The notes below the pieces were generated by a model. The model saw nothing but the letters and a program-made list of their open reading frames with translations. It did no database searches and was not told where the DNA came from. The position numbers and the translations under genes are program-made. Shown here in pieces: positions 11,001-19,668 of a stretch of DNA of 38,768 bases. Numbering within the stretch: position 1 is the first letter of the stretch; the number at the start of each line of letters is the position of its first letter. This DNA is from Pararcticibacter sp. (GTDB taxonomy: Bacteria > Bacteroidota > Bacteroidia > Sphingobacteriales > Sphingobacteriaceae), in NCBI GenBank assembly GCA_031981225.1, contig DALYUO010000002.1:23670-62437 (forward strand). The letters run 5' to 3'.

Positions 11001-12444
11001 TCTGTGCCATTGGGCCAAACATCTTGCCTTCAATGCCTACAAGGGCGAGTATTGGCAAGTAAACGATCAGGATAATGATCTCTCCAAAAGCCGCGGCAGA
11101 CCTGATTTTCACAGCAGACTCAAATACCTCCGCATCCATTTCATCCTGAGTCATCCTGCCACCTTTACGCATTCCCAGATGGTGCATGGTGGCCTCTACA
11201 ATAATTACGGCACCATCCACAATCAGTCCAAAATCTATCGCTCCAAGGCTCATCAGGTTTCCCGACACCCCAAAAAGGTTCATCATCGCAATGGCGAACA
11301 ACATCGCCAGCGGAATCACTGAAGCAACCACAAGTCCTGCGCGGAAATTACCAAGAAACAGCACCAACACAAAAATTACAATCAATGCTCCTTCAATCAG
11401 GTTTTTGGCAACAGTGCCGATTGCCCGGTCTACTAACGCGCTCCTGTCAAGGAACGGCTCTATCACAACGCCTTCTGGCAAAGTTTTACTGATCCTGTCA
11501 ATCTTTATTTTTACTTGTTTTACAACATTATTTGCATTAGCCCCTTTCAGCATCATAACAATACCACCAACAGCTTCCCCCTGAGCTTCAGGAGTGGCAC
11601 GGGTCAATGCACCATAACGAATTGAGCTTCCAATTTGGACGTTCGCGATATCTCTGACCAGAACAGGTAGACCGCTCTCATTATTCTTAACAACAATTTT
11701 ATTAATGTCATCTATACTGCCAACAAATCCTTCACTTCTAATAAAATAGGCAGTCGGTTTTTTGTCAATGTAGGCTCCACCGGTGTTCTGATTATTTTGC
11801 TCCAGGGAATTAAAAACGTCGTTGATACTTAAATTAAAGCTTCTTAATTTATCGGGGTCTAAAGCAATTTCGTACTGCTTCAAAAGCCCTCCGAAACTGT
11901 TTACTTCGGCAATGCCGGGTGTCCCTAACAGTTGCCTGCGGACAACCCAGTCCTGGATGCTACGCAGTTCGCGGGCAGTGTATTTTTTTTCAAACCCGGG
12001 CTTGGCATGAACCACGTACTGGTAAATTTCGCCCAAACCGGTAGAAATTGGTGATATCTCCGGGTTGCCTAAACCTCCCGGAATATTGTTTTTTGCCTCT
12101 GATAGTTTCTCATTGACCTGCTGACGGGCCCAATAAATATCAACGTCATCATGGAAAACTATGGTAACGACCGATAAACCAAACCTGGAAATCGAACGGA
12201 CCTGCTCTATCTCAGGAATAGTAGCCATAGTTTGTTCAACTGGATAAGAAATTAAACGTTCTACTTCCTGGCTGGCCAGTGAAGGACTAAGGGTAATAAC
12301 TTGCACCTGGTTATTTGTAATATCAGGTACCGCATCTATAGGAAGTTGCTTAAGGGAATATATGCCCCAGGCTATTAACGCAAGGGTAAACAATCCTATC
12401 ACAAGCTTATTGTGTATAGAAAACTGAATGATCTTTTTCAGCAT
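8071..12444 (-). CDS. czcA: CusA/CzcA heavy-metal RND transporter fused to a C-terminal TolC-like outer-membrane domain
   Basis: LPIDAVPDITNNQVQ, GAIDFGLIVDG and RLRPVLMT motifs; about 400 aa OEP-like C-terminus. Confidence 0.95.
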   Translation of the reverse strand: MLKKIIQFSIHNKLVIGLFTLALIAWGIYSLKQLPIDAVPDITNNQVQVITLSPSLASQEVERLISYPVEQTMATIPEIEQVRSISRFGLSVVTIVFHDDVDIYWARQQVNEKLSEAKNNIPGGLGNPEISPISTGLGEIYQYVVHAKPGFEKKYTARELRSIQDWVVRRQLLGTPGIAEVNSFGGLLKQYEIALDPDKLRSFNLSINDVFNSLEQNNQNTGGAYIDKKPTAYFIRSEGFVGSIDDINKIVVKNNESGLPVLVRDIANVQIGSSIRYGALTRATPEAQGEAVGGIVMMLKGANANNVVKQVKIKIDRISKTLPEGVVIEPFLDRSALVDRAIGTVAKNLIEGALIVIFVLVLFLGNFRAGLVVASVIPLAMLFAIAMMNLFGVSGNLMSLGAIDFGLIVDGAVIIVEATMHHLGMRKGGRMTQDEMDAEVFESAVKIRSAAAFGEIIILIVYLPILALVGIEGKMFGPMAQTVSFAILGAFLLSMTYVPMVSALFLSKNPTHKRNFSDRMMDFFHKYYYPMIKGALNWRKAVTFTSVALLAVSLFVFSRMGGEFIPNLEEGDFAVETRLLTGSSLSQTIDKVNQASAILVKKFPEVKEVVGKIGAAEIPTDPMPMEACDLTIILKDKKDWTSAETREELTEKMSNALKEVAGVSFGFSQPIQLRSNELISGVRQDIGIKIFGDDLTTLTDFSKKIGGIVSSVEGAKDLYLEQAEGLPQIVVKINRDRIAQYGLSVETVNQALNAAFAGQSAGLVYEGEQRYDMVVRLSQENRQGIDDVKNVFVTAPNGNQVPLEQLADVEFKIGPNQIQREDTKRRIIVGLNVRGRDIASVVEEIQGKIEQQIKLPAGYYITYGGQFENLREATKRLSVAVPVALLLILLLLYFSFGSVKQSLLIFSAIPMAAIGGIFALLLRGMPFSISAGVGFIALFGVAVLNGIVLITEFNRLKKLGRYTLNEIVLKGTELRLRPVLMTATVASLGFLPMAISTAAGAEVQKPLATVVIGGLLTSTILTLIVLPVLYTYFEKWKGKTKSVPAVAIAIIISGLLFFSPAAKAQAPGIPITMSQAIETAVMNNQAIKTSGLQIGQQQALRGSSTDLGKTNVDVQYGQFNSIRRDNNFSISQSIPNPGLFRNQRGLYDARIKSAEINLSVTQKELSYQVKSTYTQLAYYVALQELYKSQDSVYSNFVKAASLRYQAGETNLLESTTAETQYNEVLNQMSKNKSDILAYTAELQRLINTRQAIEVSKDQFGQEEFNIPTLDSAVSANPLLALQRQQIVIADKALALEKARSGPDFTVGYFNQSIIGTQNVNGSDQFFSGSKRFQGVQAGIALPIFFKPFSSRIKAAKIEKQVAESQFGLFETNLQGKYKQAYQDLQKNARSIEYYKKSALPNVNLILKQSQIAFQNGEIGYVEYLQALRTYSEIRFNYLQAVNEYNQSVYTLQYLMGL

Positions 12445-12531
12445 CGAAATTAAATTTTGTTAGATAAAAAAATGATAACGTACACGCAGGATACATTTCA
12501 TCAGAAATGTCTAATGCAATGATGATTTTAA

Positions 12532-12852
12532 CTAACTTAATTTAGGTGGCTGCCAAACATCCAGGGATGTCGCTATGACCTTAGCAGGAACGGCACTTGG
12601 ATATGCTATCTCAGTAAACTTGACGATATTTAGAGAGTAATTTGTAGTGTGAAAAACCGTTGAAATACTGCTACATGCACAGGCGCAAAAGGGGGAACAT
12701 GCATCTGCTGGAAAATCCTTATGGTTATCTTTTGAGGAATTACTTGAGATAGTGGTACTTGTCGTTGATTTATAAGACGCAACAACATCGGCACATGGAG
12801 CACAGCTCAATGCTACTATTATTGTACAAATAAACAAACTGAAAATTTTCAC
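12532..12852 (-). CDS. DUF6660-like Cys-rich leader protein upstream of czcA
   Basis: GTG start, signal-like N-terminus, CAPCAD, CSPFCACACS and C-terminal WQPPK. Confidence 0.8.
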   Translation of the reverse strand: MKIFSLFICTIIVALSCAPCADVVASYKSTTSTTISSNSSKDNHKDFPADACSPFCACACSSISTVFHTTNYSLNIVKFTEIAYPSAVPAKVIATSLDVWQPPKLS

Positions 12853-12868
12853 TATAAATAGTTTTGCC

Positions 12869-12899
12869 CAAATATATAAAACTATTGCAAATAATCAAA
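12869..12899 (-). promoter_or_regulatory. Bacteroidota sigma-A promoter of the czc operon
   Basis: Minus strand has TTTG (12896-12899), 19 nt, then TATATTTG (12869-12876), matching the -33/-7 consensus TTTG-N19-21-TAnnTTTG. Confidence 0.65.
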
Positions 12900-13067
12900 T
12901 CGACGTCAGAAAATATCTGTGAATAGAGGTGTAAAATCTGAGGGGTTGATAATTTCCAGCGATCATCTTAGGTATCCTATAGTTCCATTAAGGCAAGAGA
13001 TAAGTAAATATTTTAAAACAAAATAATTATAAAATTGTCTTTTAATAAACTAACCATCAGTTTTGCA

Positions 13068-13451
13068 ATGAAAAATATCACAACTGTTATTCTTGCTATA
13101 TTTTATTCTCTTGTTATACAGGGAGTTGACTGCGTAGCAAAAAGTTACAGCCTTGTAAATATTGATACTAAAGCAGAGCAGTCGACGTTTTTCACAGCTT
13201 CGGCTGGCACATTTCAAAAATCGGATCTTTGTAACGAATGTTATTTATTGGGAATTGGTGATCCAGCGGTAAGTAAAAATTTACTGGTTGCGCCATACCA
13301 ATTTAAGATCTTCCTTGCACCCGGTTGCTCGCAATTCTATTGCAATAAGATATTCATTAAAGACCTGTGTGCCTATAAAACTTCTGTGACGGTCACACCA
13401 CTTGGCAATATTATACCTATACACCTCAAAAAACAGACCTTTCTTATATAG
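13068..13451 (+). CDS. Hypothetical exported Cys-containing protein
   Basis: ATG 13068, signal-like N-terminus, CNEC motif, ends PIHLKKQTFLI. Confidence 0.55.
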   Translation: MKNITTVILAIFYSLVIQGVDCVAKSYSLVNIDTKAEQSTFFTASAGTFQKSDLCNECYLLGIGDPAVSKNLLVAPYQFKIFLAPGCSQFYCNKIFIKDLCAYKTSVTVTPLGNIIPIHLKKQTFLI

Positions 13452-13587
13452 GAAGCTTCATTTTTTCTTTCAAGCATTCTTTTGGATCAGCTGATAACAG
13501 TTGTTACTAAAGGCGTTGTAATTGCCTAAAATACTGCGAAAAATTCGCGGAATAATCAATCAATTTTTAACCATTAATTTTTAAGTT

Positions 13588-13782
13588 ATGAACACTGAAA
13601 ATTCAAAAAAAGAGACACACAAACACCCTGAACACCACGAACATGAGGAACATCATCCTCATAAAGAGCATCATGAAGGGCCTGAACATGCCGATGAAAT
13701 GGAACATCACAAGGAAAAAGAACATCATACTGAAACAGAGCATCATGATGAAGACGAACATCACGATACCAAGAAAAGTTAG
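13588..13782 (+). CDS. His/Glu-rich 64-aa putative metal-binding peptide
   Basis: 19 of 64 residues are His; recurring xxxEHH hexapeptide; AT-rich leader; next to the metal efflux cluster. Confidence 0.7.
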   Translation: MNTENSKKETHKHPEHHEHEEHHPHKEHHEGPEHADEMEHHKEKEHHTETEHHDEDEHHDTKKS

Positions 13783-13973
13783 ATATGGATGTTTTGGATT
13801 GGGCGAGGATAATACTGAGCCCATCCTTTCTATCCCCTGCAACCTCCCCATGTTTCAATCTTTTCTCTAAATTTTTTGCTGAGCCTAACTTTCGTGATGG
13901 TAAATGCTGAACAGGTTCTCGGATACCAGACTGAAACGTCTGAGACCCCGTCAGTCACACTTACAAAACCACA

Positions 13974-13989
13974 GGTCGAAATGTTATAA
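13974..13989 (+). repeat. Lone iteron copy
   Basis: GGTCGAAATGTTATAA; with the flanking CA it is 18/18 identical to 19556-19573. Confidence 0.75.
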
Positions 13990-14559
13990 AGCCTGTTTCT
14001 TTTTTTGCCTATTATTTCGATCAAAGAATACTGCTCGATCTTTTTGTTAGCCCATTTTTCAAAAATTATAAATGTTTTTAAAACCAAACAATGCCCTGGC
14101 ATTAGATAAAAATGTAACCATTGCTCAATCTTGATCTTGCAATCTGGCCCAAATTTCCACCATTATGCAGGTCTATAATTTCCCGCTGTCCAACCTGCTT
14201 TTAAAATTCATAATATTCATTGGTAATGATTTAATTAGCCATATAATCGGAATACTTAAAAAGATTGGTATGAACAAACCTATCTGTATTATCTTGTATT
14301 ACTCCGTCTTCGCCAAATATAATAGCTACTTTGTAACCATTTATAGGAACTAAAACCGGGGCATTGCCTAACAGGGATTCGTTAACGCTTTCCTGCGTGA
14401 TGGGCTTATCCAGGATAAAGTTTTCATCATTAAAAAAGCTGATTAGCCATTTATAAGTTCGGTTCCGTTCTCACATTACCGGATTAATAAGTGCCCTGGG
14501 GTCGTCTGTTTTATAAAGCCTATGGTTAGCATATATAATTATTATTTAAAGTCTTACGC

Positions 14560-15147
14560 TTAATTTTCTAAGTTTTCGGCTACTTGTGTTTCCTCTACAA
14601 TAAAGTTTCTTACTGCATTATCTCCAAACATGCTCTTAAGCTGTGGATTCCATTCGTACTTGTCCGAAGTAAGCTGATCACTCCAAAGTTTGATTGTGTC
14701 GTTCAAAAAGTCGTGAAGCTTTTTAATGTAATTCTGACATACTGAAAAATCAACCCCAATACCAAAATCATCTGCTACACCTTTTTCCCAAATCAAACCT
14801 TCCAATGGTTTATAAAAACCTGCAACGGATTGGATATAGCAATCTCTGTCGTACAAATTTTCGTCGCTTGGCCCACCTTCCATAGCCAAAAGAAAACCAG
14901 TTGTTACTTCTCGGCTAAGACCTTTAAAAGAATATGTTACCTTCACTATATAAGCCCAGTCATAGTAGGAAGAACAAACCTCAATTTTACGATAATTGTA
15001 TGAGCGGGTTACCAACGCCTGTTCTTCAAGTAGGTATTCGGCCATTCTATCCAAGTTAATATCGTTGTAAATAAAATCAACCAGTTTAACTATTTCCTGA
15101 TTGGACAAGCTGAATATATCCCGACAGTAATATTTTGTTGTTTTCAT
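14560..15147 (-). CDS. Hypothetical protein
   Basis: 195-aa ORF, closely spaced with its upstream neighbours; no recognised motif. Confidence 0.7.
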   Translation of the reverse strand: MKTTKYYCRDIFSLSNQEIVKLVDFIYNDINLDRMAEYLLEEQALVTRSYNYRKIEVCSSYYDWAYIVKVTYSFKGLSREVTTGFLLAMEGGPSDENLYDRDCYIQSVAGFYKPLEGLIWEKGVADDFGIGVDFSVCQNYIKKLHDFLNDTIKLWSDQLTSDKYEWNPQLKSMFGDNAVRNFIVEETQVAENLEN

Positions 15148-15158
15148 AGCTATATTTT

Positions 15159-15536
15159 TTAAGTGTTTACTATACCCTTATATTCTTTGTATAAGTCCTC
15201 TCCCATTTGCTTTATTACAAATTCCTCTAAGCCTAAATCATTTTTTTCATTAACATACCTGGTGAATGGTAAAGCGGTCTTACAATATTCAAAACCTTTA
15301 TTTTTCATGTCATTACTTATTTTTTCGGGCAACCCATCTAACCACTCCTTAAAATCATCTTCGGTTGGCAAATAGCCCTCGGCCTTAGTATGATAGAGGT
15401 AAACAGCATTACCATAATTAAACATCAACTCATGATATCTCCTTTGCTCATTCGGGCAGGAAATCAGAAAATCATTTTGCTGCTGATTGCAGGTTTCCAA
15501 AGGATGTTTTACTTTAATCGTTCCCATATCACGCAT
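15159..15536 (-). CDS. Hypothetical protein
   Basis: 125-aa ORF with 9-11 bp gaps to its neighbours. Confidence 0.7.
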   Translation of the reverse strand: MRDMGTIKVKHPLETCNQQQNDFLISCPNEQRRYHELMFNYGNAVYLYHTKAEGYLPTEDDFKEWLDGLPEKISNDMKNKGFEYCKTALPFTRYVNEKNDLGLEEFVIKQMGEDLYKEYKGIVNT

Positions 15537-15545
15537 TTCAAAAGT

Positions 15546-16271
15546 TTAAAGTATAAAGTTAAAATTTAACAGTGTATTTAAGGCTGTTTCTCTATGCTTC
15601 TGTAATTCTGCATGTGTTATGCCTGGCTTATTTGCAAGCACATGAAATTCCTTAATAATTCTTTCTGCTGTAGTCCAGTTGAATGAATAAGCATAGGTTT
15701 CGCCTTTAAGCTTAACTGTTAATATTATTGGTGTTCGCTTTAGATCGGCATAGGTCAATGAGGCTATACGTTCACATACCCTGTTAAATTCTCTACTGCT
15801 TTTATCGGTAGTATGATAGGCAATGTCATATTTAGCCAATTGCCTTGCTCTAAAATAGTCTCTGCTCTTGCTTTTCTTTACTTTTACTTTTTTCCTTTTT
15901 ATTAGTAGATTTACAGGCAACATTTCCTCGAGATAATCGGGGTACTGTTTGGCAATTTCCTGCATACAGAATAATCCCCACTTTTTAAATGTTCTGCGAA
16001 CAAAGTTTTTACGCTTAGTGTTTTGAATTTGATTAACACGGCTTTCTGCACGCTCTAAGGTCAATGTAAACGGCTTTTCTCTTTCTTTGGAATGGATTGC
16101 AGCACGAACGATCACCTTTACTATAGGTGTTATATCGTGGTCTAAAAGGCTAAATAAGTCTGCCCAGGAATACTTGTTGAGTTTTAAGATAAATTCCTCT
16201 ATCAAGTCTTGCCCTGTGAGGCGGGGTAATTGTAGGGGTTCAACTGCTATCTGTACCATATTAAATATCAT
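15546..16271 (-). CDS. Hypothetical basic protein, possibly nucleic-acid binding
   Basis: 241 aa, K/R-rich; preceded by an 8-bp repeat cluster. Confidence 0.7.
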   Translation of the reverse strand: MIFNMVQIAVEPLQLPRLTGQDLIEEFILKLNKYSWADLFSLLDHDITPIVKVIVRAAIHSKEREKPFTLTLERAESRVNQIQNTKRKNFVRRTFKKWGLFCMQEIAKQYPDYLEEMLPVNLLIKRKKVKVKKSKSRDYFRARQLAKYDIAYHTTDKSSREFNRVCERIASLTYADLKRTPIILTVKLKGETYAYSFNWTTAERIIKEFHVLANKPGITHAELQKHRETALNTLLNFNFIL

Positions 16272-16273
16272 TT

Positions 16274-16313
16274 ATATAAAGATACAAAAATATCTTTATA
16301 TCTTGATATCAAA
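16274..16313. repeat. 8-bp-period ATATMWWD cluster (5 units)
   Basis: ATATAAAG ATACAAAA ATATCTTT ATATCTTG ATATCAAA; two further units at 16361-16376. Confidence 0.7.
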
Positions 16314-16375
16314 TTGCGGTTTTTTGAAGATTTTTCTTTTAGTTGTTTAAAAGGGTTTTGATATATTTATATCAA

Positions 16376-17173
16376 TCAAAACATAAGGGTAAATCCTTTA
16401 CCCCTTTTAGGTTTGTCAATTTCTTCAAACCTACTGATCTCGGCTTGCAGAAGTTTACCATATTCCTTGCTCATAAAATCTCTAAAGAATTTGATATCGT
16501 TCTTCTCGAGCGATTCATTTAGAGCAGTAATGTATTTGGGTTTGGATTCGTTATGAACGATTGCAAGTGGTAAACCATAGAAAGATTGTACATAGTTCAT
16601 CAGTAACCTTGAAGTTCTTCCGTTACCATCGTACCAGGGATGTATATTGACAAGGTTATAGTGCGCATCAAAAGAAAGATTGATCTGCTCTGATAACTTT
16701 AGAGGCTTTTTCATTAACTCCCTCATTTTACCAATCATATCATTTAGCAGGGGAATAACTTTATTGTAATTAGGAAAGTAAGTACTTCCTGCCTGAACAT
16801 TGCCTAATCTTAATTCTCCTTTTGTTGCATCGACTGTACCCAACATGGTATTATATACCTGTCCAGTGTTACATATAACCAGGGAATTTATTTCTTTTAA
16901 AAGTTCTAATGATACTGGCCTTTTCTCTTTTGCCTCCTTTAAGGTAAATAATAAAGCAGCGTAATGATCGGTAGCCATTAAGGTATCGTGTAAAGCTTTA
17001 TTATTGGGTGTCAAGCCGTCTTCCAATAAAACCCTTGTTTCAAGTTCTGTTAAGGTTGAGCCTTCAATTTTAGTGGAATGGTGAACGATGGAAATTAAAT
17101 TGAATTTCTCATGGTCTACAACTTCGGCTATGCCCAATGCATTATATCTATCTATTAATTTGGCTAAGTCCAT
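16376..17173 (-). CDS. Fic family protein with an N-terminal autoinhibitory helix (class II)
   Basis: HPWYDGNGRTSR Fic motif; STKIEG matches the (S/T)xxxE(G/N)-type inhibitory motif. Confidence 0.92.
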   Translation of the reverse strand: MDLAKLIDRYNALGIAEVVDHEKFNLISIVHHSTKIEGSTLTELETRVLLEDGLTPNNKALHDTLMATDHYAALLFTLKEAKEKRPVSLELLKEINSLVICNTGQVYNTMLGTVDATKGELRLGNVQAGSTYFPNYNKVIPLLNDMIGKMRELMKKPLKLSEQINLSFDAHYNLVNIHPWYDGNGRTSRLLMNYVQSFYGLPLAIVHNESKPKYITALNESLEKNDIKFFRDFMSKEYGKLLQAEISRFEEIDKPKRGKGFTLMF

Positions 17174-17197
17174 GAGTGCTAATATTAGTTTTAAGTA

Positions 17198-17437
17198 TTA
17201 CTTCACTGATTTTTTCCTTTTAAGGATATCATCCATTATCTTCATATCCCTTTCCTCGTCGGATTTTCTATCAGATTTCTTTGTTTTTATTGTATCCTTT
17301 TTAACTGTATCCACTTTTTCTACTGTATCAATGGTAGAAACCGTATCCGTAATGGTATCCTCTGCTGCATTTTCACTATTGTTGCAAGAAACCAAAAAAA
17401 TGATTGCTGACAATAAAGCTATTAACGATTTTTTCAT
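17198..17437 (-). CDS. Small lipoprotein
   Basis: MKKSLIALLSAIIFLVSC lipobox followed by a DT-rich low-complexity body. Confidence 0.7.
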   Translation of the reverse strand: MKKSLIALLSAIIFLVSCNNSENAAEDTITDTVSTIDTVEKVDTVKKDTIKTKKSDRKSDEERDMKIMDDILKRKKSVK

Positions 17438-17513
17438 AAAATACATTTTAGTAACTACCAAAGGTATCTATTAAAATTTCATCAGGCAAAAAGGCAACCA
17501 AAAACAAACTTTC

Positions 17514-17662
17514 ACTATCATTATCTTTCTTCCTGGGCAGCTGCAGGAATTTGTTTTGCTATCAAAATTCGCTGAGGATTTTCAAACCGGTTGGAAAGAA
17601 TGCTATCATTAAACGGTTGGCCCTGCCCTGATCTGCGGATGCTCCGGTTTTACTTTAATAGC
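17514..17662. repeat. 44-bp-period RCTATCA array A with an inverted terminal unit
   Basis: Boxes at 17514, 17558 and 17602; inverted TAATAGC at 17656. Confidence 0.88.
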
Positions 17663-17669
17663 ATTTGAT

Positions 17670-17709
17670 TAACAAAGATATCTAAATATAAAGATATCAA
17701 GGTATAATT
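17670..17709 (-). promoter_or_regulatory. -7 box overlapped by 8-bp repeats, pointing into array A
   Basis: TATCTTTG on the minus strand (17673-17680); ATATCTAA ATATAAAG ATATCAAG GTATAATT at 17678-17709. Confidence 0.55.
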
Positions 17710-17900
17710 TACCTGATCACATATATAGGTTCGTCTATATCTAACTTAAAAACGTGTTTTTGACCAAACCTCTTGATAACTAAAGTTGAAGTTTTTTGTA
17801 GGTCGTTATTTTCAAGCACTTCACCCAGGTTAATAAGGTAGTCGCCTATTACAATATCAGAGTGGCTGATCTGTATAATACTTTTATCAAGTTCATTCAT
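17709..17900 (-). CDS. Small hypothetical protein
   Basis: 63-aa ORF in a tandem run of small minus-strand genes. Confidence 0.6.
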   Translation of the reverse strand: MNELDKSIIQISHSDIVIGDYLINLGEVLENNDLQKTSTLVIKRFGQKHVFKLDIDEPIYVIR

Positions 17901-17912
17901 AATTAGGATGAT

Positions 17913-18107
17913 TTAAACGGTTGCTACAAGTTCAGAAATGTCTATTAAAAAATCGTCATTCTTAATGACGTGTGCTTTCAATATCTTAAATTGGATATCA
18001 GGGCTTAATTCATTTTTGAGGGTTTCTAATGCTTTAAAAACGCTTTCCCCTTTCATTTCCAATCTGCCGAAATGCTCAATTTCAAATACATATTTTTCCT
18101 CGTCCAT
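17913..18107 (-). CDS. Small hypothetical acidic protein
   Basis: 64-aa ORF preceded by an octamer cluster at 18121-18152. Confidence 0.6.
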   Translation of the reverse strand: MDEEKYVFEIEHFGRLEMKGESVFKALETLKNELSPDIQFKILKAHVIKNDDFLIDISELVATV

Positions 18108-18142
18108 GATCTTTAAATTTATATAAATAGATAATGATATCT

Positions 18143-18400
18143 TTATATCATTCTTTTAACTTCTTCGCATTCGCGTGAATTTTCAAATTTTGTTTTTGGC
18201 ATTACCGCTAAAAGAAAAACGGTGACTATAGCAGTTAGGAAGAGAAGTATCATTTCTACTGTGTCGTATTGTTGGTTAATTTTATAAAATAGGGCGAGGG
18301 ATATGAAAGCATTCCAGGCTACCCATTTCCAACGCTCGAAATAATAGTCTCTTTTTGCCTTTTTGTAAAGGGGATGGTGTTGTAATTCGTTCTGTTTCAT
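18143..18400 (-). CDS. Small membrane protein (2 TM)
   Basis: Two hydrophobic segments; preceded by an octamer cluster at 18415-18446. Confidence 0.6.
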   Translation of the reverse strand: MKQNELQHHPLYKKAKRDYYFERWKWVAWNAFISLALFYKINQQYDTVEMILLFLTAIVTVFLLAVMPKTKFENSRECEEVKRMI

Positions 18401-18441
18401 AGGTAATCATTAAGATATATTGATATCAATATTTAAAGATA

Positions 18442-18690
18442 TCAACTTGTTAGTTTTGTTATTTGAGACAATCCGCTTAGTATATCTAAGCTTGCAGACC
18501 TGTAATCAGCAACTTTTTGTTTTAACTGTTGCCTTTCCTGCTTAAGTTCAGCAACCTCTTTTTCCAATGCAAGGCATTTTTGAGCAGCATATAATAATGC
18601 TTTAGTTGCAACTGAGATATCATATTTCTTTTTAAGTTCTTCAATTAATAGATTGTCGCTTTCTGTTGCTCTTACTGTTAGTACACTCAT
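18442..18690 (-). CDS. Putative ribbon-helix-helix DNA-binding protein with a C-terminal coiled coil
   Basis: SVLTVR alternating beta strand, two helices (DNLLIEELKKKY / VATKALLYAAQK), then a heptad-like tail. Fold assigned by pattern only. Confidence 0.55.
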   Translation of the reverse strand: MSVLTVRATESDNLLIEELKKKYDISVATKALLYAAQKCLALEKEVAELKQERQQLKQKVADYRSASLDILSGLSQITKLTS

Positions 18691-18716
18691 GGCTTTAAAA
18701 TTTAGTGATTGATATA

Positions 18717-18764
18717 TAACAAAGATATAAAAATATCTTGATATATTGATATCTTTATATAAAC
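18717..18764 (-). promoter_or_regulatory. Promoter of the RHH-like gene overlapped by five 8-bp repeats
   Basis: TATCTTTG on the minus strand at 18720-18727; ATATAAAA ATATCTTG ATATATTG ATATCTTT ATATAAAC at 18725-18764. Confidence 0.65.
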
Positions 18765-18866
18765 AACTATGTATTTTTTTCTTTTTACTGGCATATCTTT
18801 TGTACCTTTATATAAAGATACTTTGATATAATTATATCATCAATTTTTTACTTAAAGCAAATAGGT

Positions 18867-19088
18867 ATGACTGGGTTCGGCAAATTTTTAGTAGCTACAA
18901 TAATTAGCTTCTTTTTGATGATAGGAGCTTTAGGTTCTGCGCATCCTACTTTTTTGATTTCACTTGCCCTTTTGGTATGGATAATATTTATTTGGTCTGC
19001 CACTTCGGGTTCATCAAAACGCAACCGTGATAGGGACGAAGAAATAAAGCTTTTCAATTCTTTTTTAAAATCGAAAGGTAAATTTTAA
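18867..19088 (+). CDS. Small 2-TM membrane protein
   Basis: 73 aa, two hydrophobic helices and a basic tail; preceded by octamers at 18810-18841. Confidence 0.6.
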   Translation: MTGFGKFLVATIISFFLMIGALGSAHPTFLISLALLVWIIFIWSATSGSSKRNRDRDEEIKLFNSFLKSKGKF

Positions 19089-19401
19089 CCATCTGTATTC
19101 CAGTAGGGCAGGAGAAGCTTTCTTTATTGCCTTAAAATCTAATTTGTAAGCGGATAAGAGAAATTCAGATGTATTTTTTCTTTTTGCTGTTTATTAATCC
19201 ACTTATGTAAGCAGGGTACAAGCTACTTATTAGGCGATCTGCTGGAATATTTTTACTTTTAGATAGTTCTTTGTGTTTTGATATAAATCTGTTCTTAAAA
19301 CGCTTAATTTGTGTCCATCTTGACGACCGTAGGGAGTAAAATAAAACCCTTTGCGAAGCAAAATCCTTTATATATAGATTTTGCTATTAAGATATAATAA
19401 T

Positions 19402-19668
19402 GGTCGAAATACTATAATGCTTATTAAAAAAAATGCCGTTTCCACGCTCCAAACGCCTATTTACTTTCTTGGTTGGGTCGAAATACTATAATAGAGCCTA
19501 TTGAGGGTCGAAAAGCTATAACGGTTGGTCGAAATACTATAACGGTTTACCCTTCCAGGTCGAAATGTTATAACGGTTGGTCGAAATACTATAATGGTAA
19601 AGTGGGCTAAGGTCGAAATACTATAATACTGGGTCGGTATATTATAACGCCCAGTCGGTATGTTATAA
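19402..19668 (+). repeat. Iteron array, putative oriV
   Basis: Nine copies of about GGTCGAAATACTATAA starting at 19402, 19476, 19506, 19527, 19558, 19579, 19611, 19632 and 19653. Spacings are 74, 30, 21, 31, 21, 32, 21, 21, close to multiples of a helical turn. An AT-rich tract lies to the left. Confidence 0.88.

Noticed and set aside
2728..12010. Many plus-strand ORFs antisense to the ATPase, sulfatase and czc genes (likewise within the tra genes)
   Set aside because: Shadow ORFs of well-supported minus-strand genes, with no motifs of their own.
8071..12444. CzcA-TolC fusion as a novelty
   Set aside because: This architecture is common in Bacteroidota.
13830..14550. Short ORFs and a possible oriT, dif or res site at the cargo/backbone boundary
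   Set aside because: The ORFs look non-coding, and I could not match a nick, Xer or resolvase consensus. Only the lone iteron is supportable.
19402..19668. Iteron array as a mini-CRISPR
   Set aside because: Gaps are mostly 5-16 bp and helically phased next to a Rep-like gene, which is typical of iterons.
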